NCBI GenBank assembly: GCA_028534125.1
Contig: CM052832.1
Location: 23,066,001 to 23,130,000, forward strand
Direction: 5' to 3'
Length of the DNA: 64,000 bases
DNA from: Lama glama
Lineage: Eukaryota
The position numbers and the translations under genes were made by a program. The notes under the pieces were generated by a model, which saw only the letters and a program-made list of their open reading frames with translations, was not told the DNA's origin and ran no database searches. Below are positions 60,560-64,000 of the stretch, piece after piece (position 1 is the stretch's first letter; every line of letters begins with the position of its first letter).

Positions 60560-61610
60560 CCTCTCTAATCTCTCTATTCATATCCTGCTCCCTTCTGCAG
60601 GTAATCCTATTTCAAATCATTATCAGCACTGCCAGAGGTGTGGCTTTCTACAATATGATTTTGCTTCATTTCCTCCCCTGCCAAAAGTCATTCAGCGGCT
60701 CATGAACACTTTATCCCAAATGTATCTCCACTTGCAGTTCCCTGCCAGAAACTGTATTAGCTTCCTATTGCTGCTATAACAAATCACCATGAACTTAGAA
60801 GCTTGAAAAACACAAATTTATTATCTCATAGCTATGAAGGTCAGAAGTCTAAAATCAAGGTATTGGCAGGGCTACAGTCTGTTGGCTCTCAGGGGAAATC
60901 AGTTATCTTGCCTTTTTGAGCTTCTCGAGGCCACCTGCATTCCTTGGCTCCTGGCCCCTTCCTCTATCTTCAAAGCTGGCAGTGTAGCATTTTCGTATCT
61001 CTCTCTGACTCTGACCTCCCTTCTGTCTCCCTCTTTCATTTTAAAGGGTCCTTATGATTACATTGAATTTATCTGTACAATCCAAGATAATCTCCTTACC
61101 ATAAAGTCTGCTGATTGGTAAACTTAATTTTACCTGCAACTTTAATTTCTCCTTGCCATGCAACATAACATAGCCACAGGTTCCAGGAATTAAGATGTGG
61201 ACATCTTGCGGGGGGGGGGGGCATGATTCTGCTTACAACAAAGACCGTATTTTACCTTGTTCCTATGCCGTCACACATGCTTTTCCATCAACCTATAATG
61301 CTCTTCCCCACCTTCTCCACCTGAGTCAATCTCCTTATATTTGAGATTCAAATCTAGTATCAGCTCATTCAGTAAGCTTCTATACACCCTAGCCCTATCT
61401 GAATTATATTCCTCATTTTTATGCTTACCTAACACTCTATACATTACTCAATAATAGTTCTACTCTTGAAGTCATAACTATTGATTTATTTATATCAGAC
61501 ATCAGGTGAAAAATTCCATATGGTGACGGCCTGGGTCATTGTTTCTGGACACCAGCCCCTAGCAGGGTGCGAAAATTAAAACAGGTTCACAATAAGTGTC
61601 TGATGAAAGA
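60560..61610 (+). mobile_element. L2 fragment split by an MLT1D LTR
   Basis: L2-like pyrimidine-rich sequence on both sides of the LTR, ending 'ccagcccctagcagggtg...cacaataagtgtctgatgaa'. Confidence 0.55.
60753..61240 (-). mobile_element. MaLR solo LTR, MLT1D-like
   Basis: TG...CA termini; 'gctgctataacaaatcaccat', 'cacaaatttattatctcatag', 'gcattccttggctcctggcccc', 'ggaattaagatgtggacatctt'. Confidence 0.9.
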
Positions 61611-61799
61611 GCAAATGTGCCTTTGGGAGAGGGAAAAAAGCATCTAGTTGTTGCTGTCATTTTATTCTTCGTTCTTATTGGTTTGTTTGCGTGTTTTTGC
61701 TTATTTCCTGATTTTTACCTGAATTATATTTTAGTTCAAGACATCAAATGTGTGGTTACAGTGGAAGTGTGAGTATAAAATAGAAGTTAAAGTCCCCAT

Positions 61800-61972
61800 A
61801 ACTCTCAACACTAACTTCACCTTGGAAATCACCTGGGGAGCTTCAAAAACAACTGATGGCTTGAACCCAGCCCCAGAGATTCTGACATAATTCTGTAGTA
61901 TGACCTGGGCATTGGGATTTTTAAATCTCTCAGGAGGTTCCATTGTGCAGCTCAGGCTAAGAATCACTGGTT
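61800..61972. mobile_element. MER5A-type MITE
   Basis: 'aatcacctggggagctt...ccccagagattctga...cctgggcattgggatttttaaatctc...gctaagaatcactg'. Confidence 0.85.
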
Positions 61973-62106
61973 TAGACCTAGTGCTCAAAGATTTCCTATG
62001 GAAATCTCAAGAGTAATATCCTATAGTTTAAAATTAACAATATTTGAGCAATACACGAGTGCTGGTTATCAATCAGACATAACATAGCTAATGGCAAATG
62101 GCTGTG

Positions 62107-62618
62107 CAGGCAAACATTTTATTGCACTTTGTTTTATTGTGCTTCACAGATATTGCCTTTTTTTTTTTACAAATTGGTGATTTATGGCAACCCTGAGTCA
62201 AGCAAGTCTATCGGCACCACTTTTCCAACAGCATTTGCTCAGTGCGTGTCTCTGTGTCACATTTTAGTACTTCTCAAAAGAGTTCAAACTTTTTCATTAT
62301 TATTATATTAGTTATGGTGATCTGTGATCAGTGATCTTTGATGTTACTATTGCAAAAAGGTTAAAACTGGCTGAAAGCTCAGGTAATAGCATTTTTTAGC
62401 AATAACATTTTTTAATTAAGGTATGTACATTTTTTAATTAAGGTATGTACATTTTTTAGACATAATGCTATTTACATTTAATAGACTATAATATAGTGCA
62501 AACATAACTTTTATATGTGCTGGAAAACCAAAAAATTCACAAGACTCACTTTATGGTGATTTTCACTTTATTGTGGTGGTTCTGGAACCAAATCTACAAT
62601 TTCTCTGAGATAGGCCTG
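62107..62618 (+). mobile_element. Tigger1 non-autonomous deletion derivative
   Basis: TIRs caggcaaac... / gagataggcctg followed by TA; Tigger1 ends joined near 62352. Confidence 0.9.
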
Positions 62619-63344
62619 TATTCACTGACACGCTATTTGAAAAGAAGAAACGCTCTGTGAATTCGAGCCCATACTCCCTTTTCTGATAAATTCTGTACAT
62701 TCTCTTGAAGAAAAATGAAGAAAGGTTTTATGTGTTCTTATTAAGTGGCTTTGTGCTATGAAATAGAAATCATCTCAGCCTCTGAGGAGCTAATTCTCCT
62801 GTTGCTGCATGACTGGCTCATTAAACTTTACCGTTTGGGCCCCGGCTTCCTATCCCTGGACTTAGCCTGGGAGAATGTTGGGACTCACCAAAAACGAAGG
62901 CAAGCTGCTGCCTGTGTAAGCTCTCTGAGGCTGTACAAGGCAATGCCTAATTCATGAGGACTCCAGAGCCCAGACTTTTGCCAAATCATCTAATTTTTTT
63001 GCCAATCTATCTGTTACCAAGCTAAAAGCATCAGTAATGGTTTCTGAGAGAAAAAATATTAAATAAAGCTCAAAATGGTTGAATGCACTACATCTTGCTG
63101 AAAGGAAGTTGTCATTCACAATCAGTGTAACATGCATCAATGAACACTTCATAACGTCTTCTTTCCCTCCCAACCCCAAATGTTAATGTAGCAGACTACC
63201 TACATGGAAAGAAAACATGTTTTCAAAGTTCACACCTGCTTTGTACACTTAAAGGCTTAGTGCAGATTTAAGAGCACAGTCTTTTGGTGTGGTTTATAAT
63301 ATTTGCTAAGATACTTTTTTCTTTGTTTCTTATACTAAAAAGAA

Positions 63345-63530
63345 AGTAACTTGAAAATATTTTTAAAATATAGAATATGAATCTATTTTTCCAATTATAA
63401 ATAGATATATAATAAATTGCATGAAATAAAATATTATATTTTATTATTTATATTTCATTATTTAAATTTTTACTACTTTATTTATGTAATTTACTTTATT
63501 ATATAAATTACTACTTTATTATATAAGTTA
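63345..63530. repeat. AT-rich low-complexity region
   Basis: Almost entirely A/T, with a local duplication of 'tactttattatataa'. Confidence 0.8.
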
Positions 63531-64000
63531 ACTATTCCTGGGTAACAAATTTTTGCAAACTTAGAGGCTTAAAACAGTACATACTTATTATTACATCTAT
63601 TTTCTATGGTTCACAAGTCCAGGCACAATTTCACTGTGTCCTCTGGCTCTGGGCCCCAGAAGGTTGTAATCAAGGTGTCAGCTAGAGCTACGGTCTCATC
63701 TGGAAGCTAGACTGGGGAGAAACCACTTTCAAGCTCACTCAGGCTGTTGGCAGAATTCATTTCCTTGCAATAGGACCAAGGGCCCTAGCTGCTTATTGGT
63801 TGTCAACTGGATGTTGGCCTCAGCTCCTAGAAGCTTCCCCCAGCTTCTTGCTACACAGACCTCCCAATATGGCTGACTGCTTCTTCACATCCAGTGAGAA
63901 AGAGAGAGTCTCTTGAGCAAGTCTACTAGCAAGACAGAGTCTTTTATACTATAACATAATCACAGGAGTGACATCTGTTACCTTTGCCATGTTTTATTGG
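63525..64000 (-). mobile_element. MaLR LTR (MLT1E/F-like), runs off the window end
   Basis: 'aaacttagaggcttaaaaca', 'aatcaaggtgtcagctagagct...tcatctggaagctagactgggga', 'caagctcactcaggctgttggcagaattcatttccttgc'. Confidence 0.88.

Noticed and set aside
1..64000. CRISPR array, operon, rRNA or CpG-island promoter
   Set aside because: Mammalian repeat-rich DNA with no regularly spaced repeats, rRNA similarity or CpG island.

Overview
AT-rich, CpG-depleted mammalian genomic DNA that looks intergenic or deep-intronic. It is most likely camelid (alpaca/camel): it carries a tRNA-Ala-derived Vic-1-type SINE and several young L1 3' UTRs of the camelid type, and I see no ruminant (BovB/Bov-tA) or pig (PRE1) repeats. 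I find no recognisable host protein-coding gene. The ORF-track entries with real protein similarity are decayed L1 ORF2 pieces, and the rest are spurious. The window is a mosaic of L1/HAL1, L2, MIR, MaLR/ERVL LTRs (MLT1, MLT2), hAT MITEs (MER5, MER58A), Tigger1 deletion derivatives and microsatellites. Between these lie several-kb repeat-poor tracts with clustered transcription-factor motifs (candidate enhancers), and there is one 500-N assembly gap. The most notable observation is an ERV1-like element at about 47.6-48.2 kb with the hallmarks of an L1-mobilised processed retrocopy: 5' truncation, PPT, U3-R without U5, poly(A) 13 nt after AATAAA and a 17-bp TSD. Several well-formed but unproven exon candidates also occur. 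Repeat family names come from recall of consensus sequences, not from a search, and boundaries of old repeats are approximate.
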